From IMG/VR virus record IMGVR_UViG_3300018071_000003, positions 1 through 50,944 of that record: a DNA stretch of 50,944 nucleotides; one strand, 5' to 3'. This DNA is from a virus (lineage: Duplodnaviria > Caudoviricetes). The position numbers and the translations under genes were made by a program. Positions 1 to 10,713 of the stretch are shown piece after piece; position 1 is the stretch's first letter, and every line of letters starts with the position of its first letter. Below the pieces are notes generated by a model. The model worked only from the letters and a program-made list of their open reading frames with translations. It was not told where the DNA came from and ran no database searches.

Positions 1-246
1 GCTGCTGGCTTACGGCATGGGTGGATGGATAAAACTGAGAAAATCAAACCACAGATGGCTTTGTCTGTAGGTTTCCTAATTAAAGATGAACCCGATCATA
101 TCATCATTGCACAAGACACAGATGATGATGGTGGTCACAATGGACGTACTCAAATACCTAGAGGAATGGTAAAGCACATGAAGTTGCTTAGGAAGAAGGA
201 CGAGAAAAAAGAATGTCCCGTAGATATAAAAAACCAGCTCCCCTAG
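1..246 (+). CDS. Conserved-looking phage hypothetical protein, 5'-truncated by window edge
   Basis: Frame open from base 1 (AAGLRHGWMDK...SVGFLIKD...IIIAQD...QIPRGMV); the ORF-track start at 25 is probably internal. Confidence 0.6.
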   Translation, partial: AAGLRHGWMDKTEKIKPQMALSVGFLIKDEPDHIIIAQDTDDDGGHNGRTQIPRGMVKHMKLLRKKDEKKECPVDIKNQLP

Positions 247-422
247 AGATTGTTAAGATCAAAGGACGGAACGGGTTATTTGGGCACAAGGTTATGTGCT
301 GTGATTGTGCTTTAGTACATAAGTTCTTTTATAAAATTATCAATAAAAATTTAATTGAATTTGCTGCGGAACGGGATGCTCGTGCTACTGCGGCAGCTAG
401 GAGAAAACACGGTGAAATTTAA
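213..422 (+). CDS. Small basic CxxC hypothetical protein
   Basis: 69-aa ORF overlapping both neighbours; MCCDCALVH motif. Confidence 0.55.
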   Translation: MSRRYKKPAPLEIVKIKGRNGLFGHKVMCCDCALVHKFFYKIINKNLIEFAAERDARATAAARRKHGEI

Positions 423-834
423 ATTATTGCGAATAGCCTCTGGTGATACTCTTACCAACGGGCAACTGTACATTGAGGAGGAGTTCTTCTGCTTTACTTT
501 AGAAGACAAGGTACGGGAGGAGGATGGAGTAGCTGTTGAGAAATGGAAGGTAAAAGGGGAGACCGCAATACCACGCGGGATATATGATCTGGTGCTTCAA
601 TATAGTCCACGTTTCGGACCACAGACTCCTACACTTTTGAATGTACCAGGATTTGAGGGGATTCGTATTCATGCGGGCAATCGTCCTGAAGATACGGAAG
701 GATGCATCATCGTTGGTTATAAAATAGATACTCGTTCTGGATTAATTGTTCCCGGCACTACACGCTCTTGTGTGACAAACTTAAAGAGACGACTTTCCGA
801 GACTCCGGGCAAACACACTATTCAGATTGTTTAG
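412..834 (+). CDS. Putative endolysin, DUF5675 / L,D-transpeptidase-like family
   Basis: Motifs [37 protein letters not shown]; GTG at 412 follows an AGGAG SD. Confidence 0.8.
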   Translation: MKFKLLRIASGDTLTNGQLYIEEEFFCFTLEDKVREEDGVAVEKWKVKGETAIPRGIYDLVLQYSPRFGPQTPTLLNVPGFEGIRIHAGNRPEDTEGCIIVGYKIDTRSGLIVPGTTRSCVTNLKRRLSETPGKHTIQIV

Positions 835-964
835 AATAATACCATTCTTTCCAGAACTTATAACCGTACCAAGCAATCGTAAACAATGCTGCAATGTTAG
901 GCAACAACCCAACTAGTGTTGCTGTTAAACTACCTAGAGCAATTGCATCAATGTATTTCTGCAT
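818..964 (-). CDS. Putative small holin (48 aa, not in ORF track)
   Basis: [48 protein letters not shown]: hydrophobic core, charged C-tail, TAATG coupling to the upstream gene, last gene of late arm. Confidence 0.6.
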   Translation of the reverse strand: MQKYIDAIALGSLTATLVGLLPNIAALFTIAWYGYKFWKEWYYSKQSE

Positions 965-1395
965 TATTGGTTTCTCAGAAGTTCTTGTTGATTCTCAATA
1001 CCGACTTGCCTATGTTGGGCCATTTGAGCTTCTATCTGTTGTGTAAACAGCCGTTCTAAATCCATAGGATGAACATTGACTCCTTTTCGTTTTAAATAAG
1101 CATTAAATTGTGCAAGTAAACTTTGATTAGAAGCAGCATTAGTGCTGCCCGGTATTTTGTTCTGCATTTGATCCATCCAATTGGACTGATGTCCTGTTCC
1201 TGGAGTATCCGAATAAATCCATGGATTTCCCATTGATCTTTCTGGGGCATAGTCCCAATCGCCTCTTACTATTCCCTGTGATGGGGGTATAGGAGGACGG
1301 TTTTGAGGAGGCAGTGGTTGTCCATTAATACCAGGAATCGGTTGTTCTTGTCTTTGACGCAGCATCATCATCAAGCGTTGAAGGAAATCATTCAT
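964..1395 (-). CDS. Gln/Pro-rich hypothetical late protein
   Basis: 143-aa ORF translationally coupled (ATGA) to the 1340-aa gene. Confidence 0.6.
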   Translation of the reverse strand: MNDFLQRLMMMLRQRQEQPIPGINGQPLPPQNRPPIPPSQGIVRGDWDYAPERSMGNPWIYSDTPGTGHQSNWMDQMQNKIPGSTNAASNQSLLAQFNAYLKRKGVNVHPMDLERLFTQQIEAQMAQHRQVGIENQQELLRNQ

Positions 1396-4300
1396 CTTTG
1401 TCCCTTCAGCCTTTGTAGCAAAATTGCCAATTGTTGTTGCTTGGTACTTTGTAGTTTACCCATGGCCCTATAATCGCCTTGAATCAATTGAGATTGAATC
1501 TCATTCATTAAACCTTGTTTAATGTTATCTCCCGAGAATCCACGCTTACCAAGTTCCTGCCAAATCGGTGCCAGATTTTTGTACGACTGAGGATCATTTA
1601 ACATAATATCGACGGCACGATTCATTGATTTGTCGAAGATAGCTTTACGCCCTGCCATATCTTTCTGTGCCGCATAAAATTCACCCTTCGCGGCAGCTTC
1701 TTTATTTGTATAGGTACCAAGCCGTCTAGCTAATTCATCAGCCTTATCCCGAGTGTATGGTCCTGCGCGTCCTGAACTCTCTTGATAGGGCGCTCCGGGA
1801 CGAGTATAGTGTTTCTCAATGTCTCCCCAATTGAGGCCGGGAATAGGAGAGAATCTAGGAGTGATTCCTTTCAAAGCATCTCGTTTTTCAACATTTGTTG
1901 GTTTATTAACTTCTCCAAATAGGCCGGTGGACTTTAATCCTTGCAAACCGATATTAGCTGCATGACCAAGAAGTTGAAGTCCGGGGGCAAAACTTCCAGT
2001 TAACGTAGGAGCATTAAGAGAAGCTCCAATGTTCGCACCAATAGCATCACTCAACACACCGAATCTGACTCTGTTAGATTTGAAATTGGACATCATCCAT
2101 TCAGTACCAGACATTATATTGGTGCCAAGTAATTTATTAGCTATAAAAGCTAGTGCATCCCATTCCTTGATACCAATAATACCCAATACCCCAGAAGTCA
2201 ATAAATTAGATGCCAAGAAAGTACCAAGAGGCAGTTGTTTAGATATAGAACCTTCTTTTAATCCCTGACCACTAAGTTTAACGTCCTCTCGTAACATTCC
2301 AAGCCATGTCATCGAGAAATTTTGTAGTGGGCCAATTGCTTGTCCAACTAATCCAGTACGATTAAATGCATGTGGTTTCTTATAGAACTTGTTTGTAACC
2401 ATATAGTGGTCGGTCATTTCTTTGGCAACGTAATATATTTCATTCTTGTCTTTGGCAATTTTATCGTAATCAAGTTCTCGAAGCATTTCCAAGAACATAT
2501 GTGCCGCTGGCCGACGAACAGCCGCTGCTTCAAGCCATGAGAGTGTCGAAAGACCAGACAAATGAGAGGACATAGTTTGTTTAAAACGAGGATTGGCATC
2601 TCCAGCATACGTAGACCAGTCATATCTAAACTGTGCTTCAAATGCTCCAATAGAATCGAGTATCTGAGCATCTTTTGATCCATTCCATTTCTTATATTCG
2701 ACCAAAGCTTTTCCTAAAGCATTCATTACAATGGCAGGATTCCTACCTTCTTCTGCTGCCATAGCTAATAGTTTAGGAGGCATATAAGTAGGTGCTTGTA
2801 GAAATTGTGCCGCAATTTGAATAGGATGAAAGAATCCGAGAAGCAGGGTAGTCATTACTTTATTGCTTTGTTGCAATAAATCCCGAGTGAATCTTTGAGG
2901 TAAAACCACTGTACCTTTTGTTACAAATTTAACATTTCCTGATACAATAGATGAAAAAGCATTTCCGAGTTTATCCATTATCTCGTTAGACTTTCCTCTG
3001 GCTACATCAATGGATTCCAGAGCATAGGATTTCGTAAAAGGCACATGATCGGCTTCCTTCATATCATTTACATCTTGATACAATTTATCCAGTTTTCTAT
3101 TGGCAATGAAGTCGTAGGCTTGTCGGATGTAGCGTTCTGAAATCTCCTCATAACCTCGCATTCCAGTAATACCACCTTCTGTTCCTTTTGCACCAAGGAC
3201 ACCCGCTCTGCGCATTGTGCGTGCCCCAAACCCCATTCGACGCAAACCCTCGGTTATCGCCTTAGCTGCAGGATCACGCATTTCCTTATTTAACTGACGT
3301 AGAATCCACTCAAATTGTTGCCAATTGACATCTCCACGTAAACCACTGTCTGGAAGTTGAATAGCTTTAACATCGGGTCCAGCTAGTTTCTGTAATTTTG
3401 CCAAATTGGGTTTTAGATAGAAAGCATCAACTTTAACGGTTTCTCCGGTTTTCTCATTAACCCATTTTACCTTAAATGGACCGTCGAATATGGATGGAAA
3501 TCCGTAGTGAGGAAGTTGTTGAATAGGTTCTTTGCCTTCTGCAATGTACACTTTATTAATATCACCAAGAACGTCATTCATTGTCCTATCCCGATCAAGG
3601 AACGCTTGCAATTCTTTTGGAGATAGGTCACGTCCTATAATCTCACGAGCCTTCGCTCTAATACCTTGTTCACCCAATTTAACATCAGAATTACGTAGAG
3701 CCACTACAAGATCAGTTACGGCAACTCTACTTCTCTGTGGGAGTTGTTCCCACATATAGTTGAAAGTACCAACATTGGGCATCTTGCGACTTAGTCCATG
3801 TAGTCTATTGTTGGCATTCTGAATTGATTCATTCTTTGTCCAATTAGTCTGGCTGCTAACCCAAGACAAGAGAGGGTTATCCTTGGCAATGAACCCACCA
3901 GCAAGCATTTTATCAACAGTATTGCGTCCTGCGAATTGGGCAAGTGTATCTTTCTTCATAGCTGCAATTTGTGGTTTAATCTCGTCAATGGTACGACGAT
4001 CCACATATTGACGCTGAAGTTGGTCAATTCCCTTAATCTTGCCAATAACATCAATTGCCGGTTCAGAGGGGTGTGCAAGAGGTTTAGGAGCAGCTCCTTG
4101 ACTTTTATCCCAAACTGCATTAAGTTGTTCGGTAGGGAGAGTTATACCCCTAGCCCTAGCTTCTTTAATAAAGTCATTCCGAGCCGTGGCTTTCTTGTTC
4201 TCAATGGTCATTCCACCAAGTTGCTTTGATGGCCCAACAGGAGTGAGGTCTTTTAGAACCGGGCCTTCTTTGGTGCTAATCTCTACATTAGGAGAAGGCT

Positions 4301-5414
4301 TACCTTGGATCTTGTCAACAGCCTCTTCTAGGAAGCCAGGACGTGGGAACTGTAGACCTTCGGTATTAGGGGTCTGGGTAACCTTCGGCATAGCCGGGTC
4401 TTTGGCCGAAACAGCGGAATAAGGCTGCTTTTGGTTAGAAAACACTCTAGGATCGCGCGTAGGCGTTTCTAGCAAGGGGTCTGGGGTATACCCACTACCT
4501 CGGGCATAAGGCCCGCCAGCGCCTTCAGGTCCAATCCTAGGGGATGTGGCGTCTGGACCGACGCTATCTAGCATATTAAGCCCCGGTTCAAAAGGAATAG
4601 GACCACCTCCTCTCTGTGGAACAGCCATTTCTTCGGGAGTACGAGTACCTGTGTCAAACATGTCAGGTTGCAAGGGGCTAATTTCGCCTCCCGGTCTAAT
4701 GTTACCAGCACCTACTTCTTTACTAGTTGGAGGACCAACCTCCGGTTCAAACATATCAGGTTGTGTCTGCATTTCGTTGGCTTTTGAAGCCTGTTCAGAC
4801 ATCATTTGCTGCTGTAGGGCATCAATGTCTTTTAAAGCTTGGTCCGTACGTGCTTTGGCCTTGGCTTCTTGTTTAGCCCGATATTTGAGACCAGAACCAA
4901 CAAGCCCTCGACCCATTGCGGCTCCTGCTAGCAAATCTGTACCAAATTCACCAACTTGCTGGAATTGTTGTCCTAGTTGTTCATCTCCAATTGCTTCTCC
5001 AACATGTTTACCAATTTGACCAATGCCTTCAGGAATCATTTCAAAGGGCTTCATGGCCCCCTGATAGGCACCTGTTTCCCGATAGGGTTGTAGAGCATCA
5101 ATGTGGGTAAGCGGATTAAACCATTCACCAGTTGCACGGCCAATGTTCTTGGCGGATTCAACAGGTTCGCCTTGAGCAAAGGCTGATACACCTGCTCCTG
5201 CTCCTGCGATCATTCCAGGAATACCGGTCATAAAGTCACCAGCGGCTAGTGCTGCACCTCCAAGGTTCTCCCCATAAGCACCAGCAAATGTATTACCTGC
5301 TGTAGCCGCTCGTCGAAAGTGTTGATCTGAGGCACGAATTTTGGCTACAGTTGATGGTAAGTCTAAGGAGTCATCAATTGTATAGTCAATTCCATCGATG
5401 GAATAGTCAGCCAT
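1392..5414 (-). CDS. Large internal virion (DNA ejection) protein, 1340 aa
   Basis: Size, Gly/Ala-rich N-terminus, Pro-rich linker, helical C-terminal part, last of three consecutive genes after the tail hub as in podoviruses. Confidence 0.7.
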   Translation of the reverse strand: MADYSIDGIDYTIDDSLDLPSTVAKIRASDQHFRRAATAGNTFAGAYGENLGGAALAAGDFMTGIPGMIAGAGAGVSAFAQGEPVESAKNIGRATGEWFNPLTHIDALQPYRETGAYQGAMKPFEMIPEGIGQIGKHVGEAIGDEQLGQQFQQVGEFGTDLLAGAAMGRGLVGSGLKYRAKQEAKAKARTDQALKDIDALQQQMMSEQASKANEMQTQPDMFEPEVGPPTSKEVGAGNIRPGGEISPLQPDMFDTGTRTPEEMAVPQRGGGPIPFEPGLNMLDSVGPDATSPRIGPEGAGGPYARGSGYTPDPLLETPTRDPRVFSNQKQPYSAVSAKDPAMPKVTQTPNTEGLQFPRPGFLEEAVDKIQGKPSPNVEISTKEGPVLKDLTPVGPSKQLGGMTIENKKATARNDFIKEARARGITLPTEQLNAVWDKSQGAAPKPLAHPSEPAIDVIGKIKGIDQLQRQYVDRRTIDEIKPQIAAMKKDTLAQFAGRNTVDKMLAGGFIAKDNPLLSWVSSQTNWTKNESIQNANNRLHGLSRKMPNVGTFNYMWEQLPQRSRVAVTDLVVALRNSDVKLGEQGIRAKAREIIGRDLSPKELQAFLDRDRTMNDVLGDINKVYIAEGKEPIQQLPHYGFPSIFDGPFKVKWVNEKTGETVKVDAFYLKPNLAKLQKLAGPDVKAIQLPDSGLRGDVNWQQFEWILRQLNKEMRDPAAKAITEGLRRMGFGARTMRRAGVLGAKGTEGGITGMRGYEEISERYIRQAYDFIANRKLDKLYQDVNDMKEADHVPFTKSYALESIDVARGKSNEIMDKLGNAFSSIVSGNVKFVTKGTVVLPQRFTRDLLQQSNKVMTTLLLGFFHPIQIAAQFLQAPTYMPPKLLAMAAEEGRNPAIVMNALGKALVEYKKWNGSKDAQILDSIGAFEAQFRYDWSTYAGDANPRFKQTMSSHLSGLSTLSWLEAAAVRRPAAHMFLEMLRELDYDKIAKDKNEIYYVAKEMTDHYMVTNKFYKKPHAFNRTGLVGQAIGPLQNFSMTWLGMLREDVKLSGQGLKEGSISKQLPLGTFLASNLLTSGVLGIIGIKEWDALAFIANKLLGTNIMSGTEWMMSNFKSNRVRFGVLSDAIGANIGASLNAPTLTGSFAPGLQLLGHAANIGLQGLKSTGLFGEVNKPTNVEKRDALKGITPRFSPIPGLNWGDIEKHYTRPGAPYQESSGRAGPYTRDKADELARRLGTYTNKEAAAKGEFYAAQKDMAGRKAIFDKSMNRAVDIMLNDPQSYKNLAPIWQELGKRGFSGDNIKQGLMNEIQSQLIQGDYRAMGKLQSTKQQQLAILLQRLKGQR

Positions 5415-6421
5415 TATTTTCTAATAACTCCGGGTATTCCTACGTTGCTTTGCGGTTGTTGTCCGCCCGCACCAGGAGTCCACATATTGGGATTGGGTTG
5501 GGTCTGCGGGAGGCCGGGGCCGAGATCATAAGGATTGCGTGATTGGGCTTTAGCCGCTAAATTCTGTTTGGCTTGTGTCATCATAGCAGTTACCATTGCT
5601 CGAACAGATTCGTCTAAATCTGTATTAGCTAAAAGACCAGCACCAATAGATAGCTTATTATTATCATCGCCAGTTAAGAATCTATCAATGGCTTCTTTTT
5701 TCTGTGCTGCCGTGCGTGCTTTAGCAGCTTCCACAGACCACCAACCACTAATGTTGGCTACGTCAGCAGTGCCCGCGTTATGTTGTGCGCCCAGAGCCAT
5801 TTTATTAGCTTGCTCAATTGAATTTTCCAGCTTGGCTCTAATTTGCTTCATGCGCTCGGGACTATATTGCTGTCCAAACGCTTGCTGTGCTTTTTCAGGA
5901 AGTGATTTAATAAAAGAATTATAAGCTTCTTGACCTTGGGTAGAACCCGGCGCTTGTCCGGGAGTTGTATTCTGAAACATTGGTTCTTGCAAATCCAGAT
6001 GATTTAGAAAGGTTTGATATTGTTTGAGTTGATTACCTGCATTCTCTACACCAACCTTTCCACCAACTGTACCAAGAGCAAGTCTACCAGCAGCTTCTTC
6101 TGTACCAAATTTTCCAATGTCTCCTCGAACAGCACTTGGGCCATAGTCAGGAGATTGATTGCGTAGTCGCGCTAGTTGGGCTGCAAGGTCCGCTTCTCCA
6201 ATGCCTTTCGCTCGTTCTGCTGCGCGAAGAGGTTCATCAGCTTTATAAGTTTGAAATTTTGCTTCGGCTTCTCCGACTCCAGCTCGACTAAGTGCATCTT
6301 GCAAAGACATTGCATTTCGATAGTCTTGGTTCTGTTGCCACATAAGACCACCAGCTAGTCCAGATGGAACTTGGCCCAAATCGAGTTTAGTAGCTGCTGG
6401 ATTAAAGTAGGAATCTGGCAT
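5414..6421 (-). CDS. Internal virion/ejection protein
   Basis: Ala/Gln-rich helical ORF; likely start MPDSYF at 6421, immediately after the upstream stop. Confidence 0.6.
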   Translation of the reverse strand: MPDSYFNPAATKLDLGQVPSGLAGGLMWQQNQDYRNAMSLQDALSRAGVGEAEAKFQTYKADEPLRAAERAKGIGEADLAAQLARLRNQSPDYGPSAVRGDIGKFGTEEAAGRLALGTVGGKVGVENAGNQLKQYQTFLNHLDLQEPMFQNTTPGQAPGSTQGQEAYNSFIKSLPEKAQQAFGQQYSPERMKQIRAKLENSIEQANKMALGAQHNAGTADVANISGWWSVEAAKARTAAQKKEAIDRFLTGDDNNKLSIGAGLLANTDLDESVRAMVTAMMTQAKQNLAAKAQSRNPYDLGPGLPQTQPNPNMWTPGAGGQQPQSNVGIPGVIRK

Positions 6422-6422
6422 G

Positions 6423-7685
6423 TTATAGTCCGAAATATTGTAAGAGGTTTTGGTTCGGTGGAGTACCAGTCCTCTGTTGATTAGAAGTTGGTTGCTGTCC
6501 TCCAAGGATAGAACCTAGACCATAACCAAGAGAGTTGTTTTGACCAACTTGAGATTGCATAATTCCTGGAGTCATACTAGCAATGGTTGATCCAACTCCA
6601 CCATTACCACGAGCATATGGGCCAATGGCATTCATGTAATCGACAGTTCCTCTATTCAAGTCTTGTCCCAGTTGACTAATTTGATTGCCACTCATGTTGT
6701 AGCCCATAGAAGCCATTTTACGAGTAGAGGCATCTGCAATAGATTGTCCATATGGAGTGTTGCCAATTCCTTGTGTAGCGGCCTGATAAGCAGGTTCAAA
6801 GTATTTGGGTTGTTCGGTACGGAATAGATCTGAGTTAATGGCCTTGTCCATCAGCCGTTCTTGGGTGGCTTGTCCTTGTCGATTGCTCAGATAACCAAGT
6901 CCTGCATTAAGTATATCCCCATATGGAAATTGATATTGTCCAGGAACTTGTGGACCACCTGTAGCACCTCCTGTAGGAGCCAATCCTGGAATTCCAAGAG
7001 CCTTCAATACAGAATTAATATTGGAAGGGTTCTTGAGCCAATCAGGTAGGCCACCAGTTCCAAATGGATTATCAGCAGTTCCACCAAAAATAGTAGAGTT
7101 GCTGCCAGGACCAGACATTGATCCAAATTGATCGAAGGCACCAGCATCTCCTACCCCAGGAGTAGAAGCTTGTCCAGCTTCCCCAGCACCACCAAAGTCA
7201 TAATTATCTAACCAATCCCATTCACCCATTGTTCCCCCTTGTGGAACTGTTCCTGCACCAAATCCTGTATCTGATACTCCACCCGCAGTTGGAAGTGCCC
7301 ATGATGGTGTATTAATATCTCCACCAACTCCGCCAGCAGATCCACCAGCCCCTCCGAGAGGTCCAAATCCTGCCGCGCCCATTCCAATAAAACTAGCCAT
7401 TGCAGGAACCACATATTTCTCAAAACCCCAATCTGATGATGGATTAGTTCCTTGTGTGGCGAGCGCCATTTCCCATGGACTATGTGTTCCACCTCCCTCT
7501 GAATCGACATTCGCATAGATAGGATTATGCCCCTCGTTGATAGCATCCTGCCAAGGTATATATTTTCCATCACCTCCAAGTGCAACTCGAACGGGTGTTC
7601 CTGAAGAGGTGTCATAATACGCCGGATTTTGCGTACTGCGATCCGCCACAATATTATTACCAAATTGTGTTGGTGAGAATGTCAT
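6423..7685 (-). CDS. Gly-rich internal virion/pilot (ejection) protein
   Basis: Gly-rich ORF with a C-terminal region like DNA-transfer proteins (ASMGYNMSGNQISQL); likely start MTFSP at 7685. Confidence 0.6.
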   Translation of the reverse strand: MTFSPTQFGNNIVADRSTQNPAYYDTSSGTPVRVALGGDGKYIPWQDAINEGHNPIYANVDSEGGGTHSPWEMALATQGTNPSSDWGFEKYVVPAMASFIGMGAAGFGPLGGAGGSAGGVGGDINTPSWALPTAGGVSDTGFGAGTVPQGGTMGEWDWLDNYDFGGAGEAGQASTPGVGDAGAFDQFGSMSGPGSNSTIFGGTADNPFGTGGLPDWLKNPSNINSVLKALGIPGLAPTGGATGGPQVPGQYQFPYGDILNAGLGYLSNRQGQATQERLMDKAINSDLFRTEQPKYFEPAYQAATQGIGNTPYGQSIADASTRKMASMGYNMSGNQISQLGQDLNRGTVDYMNAIGPYARGNGGVGSTIASMTPGIMQSQVGQNNSLGYGLGSILGGQQPTSNQQRTGTPPNQNLLQYFGL

Positions 7686-7686
7686 A

Positions 7687-8064
7687 TTAAACGATCCTCT
7701 CCCATCCATTATTACCATTGCTAATTACAAGAGCTTTGGACCATTGGGCAGCAAGAGCCACTGTTGCTGCTCCTTGTATAGTATCTGAGCCAGCCGCAGC
7801 AACCGTAACAGCATTGCCGGAAGCATCTATTTTGGTCACGAGTATTTGTCGTCCTTCCCTTGTTAAGGCTGCTGGCAGAGTAACAGTTCGAGCGCCGCCC
7901 GTTGCATCTTCTCGAACATGAAATACGTTGTCTGCCACAGTGTATGCTGCTGTTTGGGTGACAATTGCGGTGCGACGTTTAATTGCTCTGTAGATACTCT
8001 GGAACCATCCCTTCATTCCATAAGTTTCTTTACTTTCATAAACAGGAGGTTCTTGAATATCCAT
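7687..8064 (-). CDS. Small tail/needle-associated structural protein
   Basis: Follows the tail hub gene; beta-rich C-domain with TVTLPAA...GRQILVTKID...NAVTV motif common in phage fibre domains. Confidence 0.55.
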   Translation of the reverse strand: MDIQEPPVYESKETYGMKGWFQSIYRAIKRRTAIVTQTAAYTVADNVFHVREDATGGARTVTLPAALTREGRQILVTKIDASGNAVTVAAAGSDTIQGAATVALAAQWSKALVISNGNNGWERIV

Positions 8065-9588
8065 TTAATGTATGTTTTTGTCAATGAAAAACTCAAGAGC
8101 TTCTAGACGAATAGGCAAAGCCGAAGTTTCTGTCATAAAGAACGCACGCCGTCTAAACTGTCCACAATTTGTAAGATACTTCGTTTGTTTATTCAGATCA
8201 ATGTTACGAACTGTGGAATATGTGGTATAATCATTATCAGACCAACTAACACCTAAATTCGTAGTGCTAGTTGATGTATCTCCAATGATTGTAAATCTAC
8301 GAAGTCGTTTCCGATAATCCAAACCAAGGTCAACATGAGAAGTTTGAATTGTCATAACATATAAGTTGCCGTCATCAGAGTACACTGGACTAACTAGACT
8401 AATCTTATATACTTTGCCGCTTGTCGAATCACGACTGATACTAAATAAAGCACTCGTAGAAGATGCCGAAGCAGCGAATTTATGCCATAATATATCGGTG
8501 GCCGGTGCCCATTCGTGCCACATTTTATTTTCGACGCAATAAATATATGTTTTCTTGTTAAATTGTACAAAGATAAGTGTTTGTCCGTTTAACTTCGCAC
8601 ACGTAAGATAAATCGGAGTATCCCCACGTTGGGCGATAAAGGCATCAATTGTATTGTCAGACACACGGACTGGTTTATATCCGTCAAGAATATAGACACT
8701 TTCCGTACCTGTATCAGAACCCGCTACCCAAGCAATGTTATCTTCAAATGAAGTTATTGCTGTATGTGAAATACAACCAATTTTAATTGTTGCTTCTTTA
8801 ACTTTCTCAAGAGGGCTGCCTGTAGGATTACCTACGTTACGGAAAAATTCGATACTTTCTTTGCCGAAAGCTACAATTAGTTCTTTATATCTAGCAAGAC
8901 CAACACCTCTATCAGGATACATGTTAGCTTGAATAAAAGACAAAGCACTCCACGATGAAAGTGAATTTAAATCAGAATTATATATACTACCATCAGTTGC
9001 CATGATGAACATATAGCCATCCATATGTACTGCATTCCCGGTAATTGTTTTACCAGCTACTCCGGGAAAGTCACCATCCGTAATTTCGGTTAAAGCTCCG
9101 CCATCTGGATAAAAGTATGCTTTATTTCCATTACTGATAAAAGTTAAGTTAGCAGTAGTTCCAACGAATGTTTCTTGAATATCATACACAACTCCTGTCA
9201 CAGCTCCAAGAGAAGAAGTTCCATTGTACACTGTACTGTTCGTGGCACCAAATGCAGTAATAATTTCATTTGTCTTACCAGTCCAAATCTTAATTGCTGT
9301 ACCAATGTTACCAGCGGATGGAGTATTATTTGTCGCAAATCCAGGGCGTTTATAAACATAATATTTGGTTTGGTTTGTAATTGGATTTATGTTTACTTCA
9401 GGAATAACATTGACAAAACGCTGATCTTTAGATACCGAACTTGGTGCTGATCCAATGATAAATTGTCCGATAATACCTATACCAATTGTACCAGAGGTTC
9501 CATCTGAAGCACCGTAAAACAAACGAGTATTGTATGAACCTATTATAGGAATTCTAATTGGATCATTTACTGGTTTAAGATTAGCCAA
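8065..9588 (-). CDS. Tail hub / DNA stabilisation protein (P22 gp10-like)
   Basis: 507 aa, YKRPG near N-terminus, DGYMFI, SIEFF.N, GC, WHEW, GQFRRRAF motifs; position. Confidence 0.75.
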   Translation of the reverse strand: MANLKPVNDPIRIPIIGSYNTRLFYGASDGTSGTIGIGIIGQFIIGSAPSSVSKDQRFVNVIPEVNINPITNQTKYYVYKRPGFATNNTPSAGNIGTAIKIWTGKTNEIITAFGATNSTVYNGTSSLGAVTGVVYDIQETFVGTTANLTFISNGNKAYFYPDGGALTEITDGDFPGVAGKTITGNAVHMDGYMFIMATDGSIYNSDLNSLSSWSALSFIQANMYPDRGVGLARYKELIVAFGKESIEFFRNVGNPTGSPLEKVKEATIKIGCISHTAITSFEDNIAWVAGSDTGTESVYILDGYKPVRVSDNTIDAFIAQRGDTPIYLTCAKLNGQTLIFVQFNKKTYIYCVENKMWHEWAPATDILWHKFAASASSTSALFSISRDSTSGKVYKISLVSPVYSDDGNLYVMTIQTSHVDLGLDYRKRLRRFTIIGDTSTSTTNLGVSWSDNDYTTYSTVRNIDLNKQTKYLTNCGQFRRRAFFMTETSALPIRLEALEFFIDKNIH

Positions 9589-10447
9589 AAATAAATCCTT
9601 GATTACCCGACGCCATAAGCGGTATGTATGTTATAACAATGATCCCATCAGTTCCATTCCCGCCTTGTCCACCTGGTATAACCCCACAAGTCGTCTTTGC
9701 AGCTCCTCCGCCGCCTCCACCACCAGCACCATAGTTACCACCTCCTCCAGCAACTTCTGGCTGTCCATCTAGTCCTACTCCGCCAGTTCCTCCTCCACCC
9801 CCACCTCCTGAACCTGCGCCACCACCAATTTCGCTTCCAGCAGAACCTACTGCTCCCGGAGAATCTCCGGCACCACCGGCACCGCCCGTTCCTGCATCCC
9901 CTGAACCTCCATTTCCGGGAGTCGAACTTGATCCAGATGTACCAACATTACCTGCACCATTCTTCCCGCCACCTCCGCCCCCTCCACCGCCACCGCCTCC
10001 ACTGGGATTGCCAGCGCCCCCGCCATTACCGCCATCTCCGCCATTCTGAGCACCTGTACTCGGTGTGCAGGATGAACCAAGTCCACCGATTCCTTTATTA
10101 GTAGGAAATCCAATACCAGAAGTACCTAATCCTCCACCTTTAGCAACTAATACTGATGTAAAAGTAGTGTCAGTACCAGCAGTTCCATTGGTATTACTAG
10201 AACCGTGATTGCCTTTGACTCCTACCACAAATGACGCGGTACCACTTAACGTAGTGTTAATTGCCTTCGCATACGCACCAGCACCCGCACCGCCTCCGCC
10301 GTTTCCGGCCGAGGATGTGCCTCCAGCCTTACCACCACCTCCGCCCCCTCCAGCTCCAATTCCCTCAATAGTATTGTTAGCATTGTTCCAATTGCTTGGA
10401 ACAGTCCAAGGGGAAGATGATGCAGTTGTGAGGACTACAACAGTCAT
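9581..10447 (-). CDS. Glycine-rich tail/fibre-associated protein
   Basis: WTVP...IEGIGAGGGGG start and GGNGTDGIIVITY end, typical of the phage glycine-rich domain. Confidence 0.7.
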   Translation of the reverse strand: MTVVVLTTASSSPWTVPSNWNNANNTIEGIGAGGGGGGGKAGGTSSAGNGGGGAGAGAYAKAINTTLSGTASFVVGVKGNHGSSNTNGTAGTDTTFTSVLVAKGGGLGTSGIGFPTNKGIGGLGSSCTPSTGAQNGGDGGNGGGAGNPSGGGGGGGGGGGGKNGAGNVGTSGSSSTPGNGGSGDAGTGGAGGAGDSPGAVGSAGSEIGGGAGSGGGGGGGTGGVGLDGQPEVAGGGGNYGAGGGGGGGAAKTTCGVIPGGQGGNGTDGIIVITYIPLMASGNQGFIFG

Positions 10448-10713
10448 AGCGGATGCACCGTTACGACTATAGCATCGGTGAGAGCCTCGAAGTTATGCAG
10501 CGCGCCAGTCGGAAAGTGAACTGTGTCCGGTGCCGTGAGATCCTTGCAGATCGGTCCGATTTGTACACGCACGATACCTTGCGAAATAAACATATCATGG
10601 GCATACAACTGGTGCTGATGTTCGGACACGCCTTCCCCCGAGCGAAGATGGAAAACCTGGATCTCATGCTTCGTGTCATAAGTCCGAAAAGGGACCGGAG
10701 ACTTGATTTCCAT
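10444..10713 (-). CDS. Small cupin-fold protein
   Basis: HQH..AHD and FPTGALHNFEAL cupin metal-binding motifs. Confidence 0.7.
   Translation of the reverse strand: MEIKSPVPFRTYDTKHEIQVFHLRSGEGVSEHQHQLYAHDMFISQGIVRVQIGPICKDLTAPDTVHFPTGALHNFEALTDAIVVTVHPL

Noticed and set aside
9690-10360. CCA/CCG/CCT-rich repetitive DNA as a repeat array or CRISPR
   Set aside because: Simply poly-Gly codons on the minus strand; no repeat-spacer periodicity
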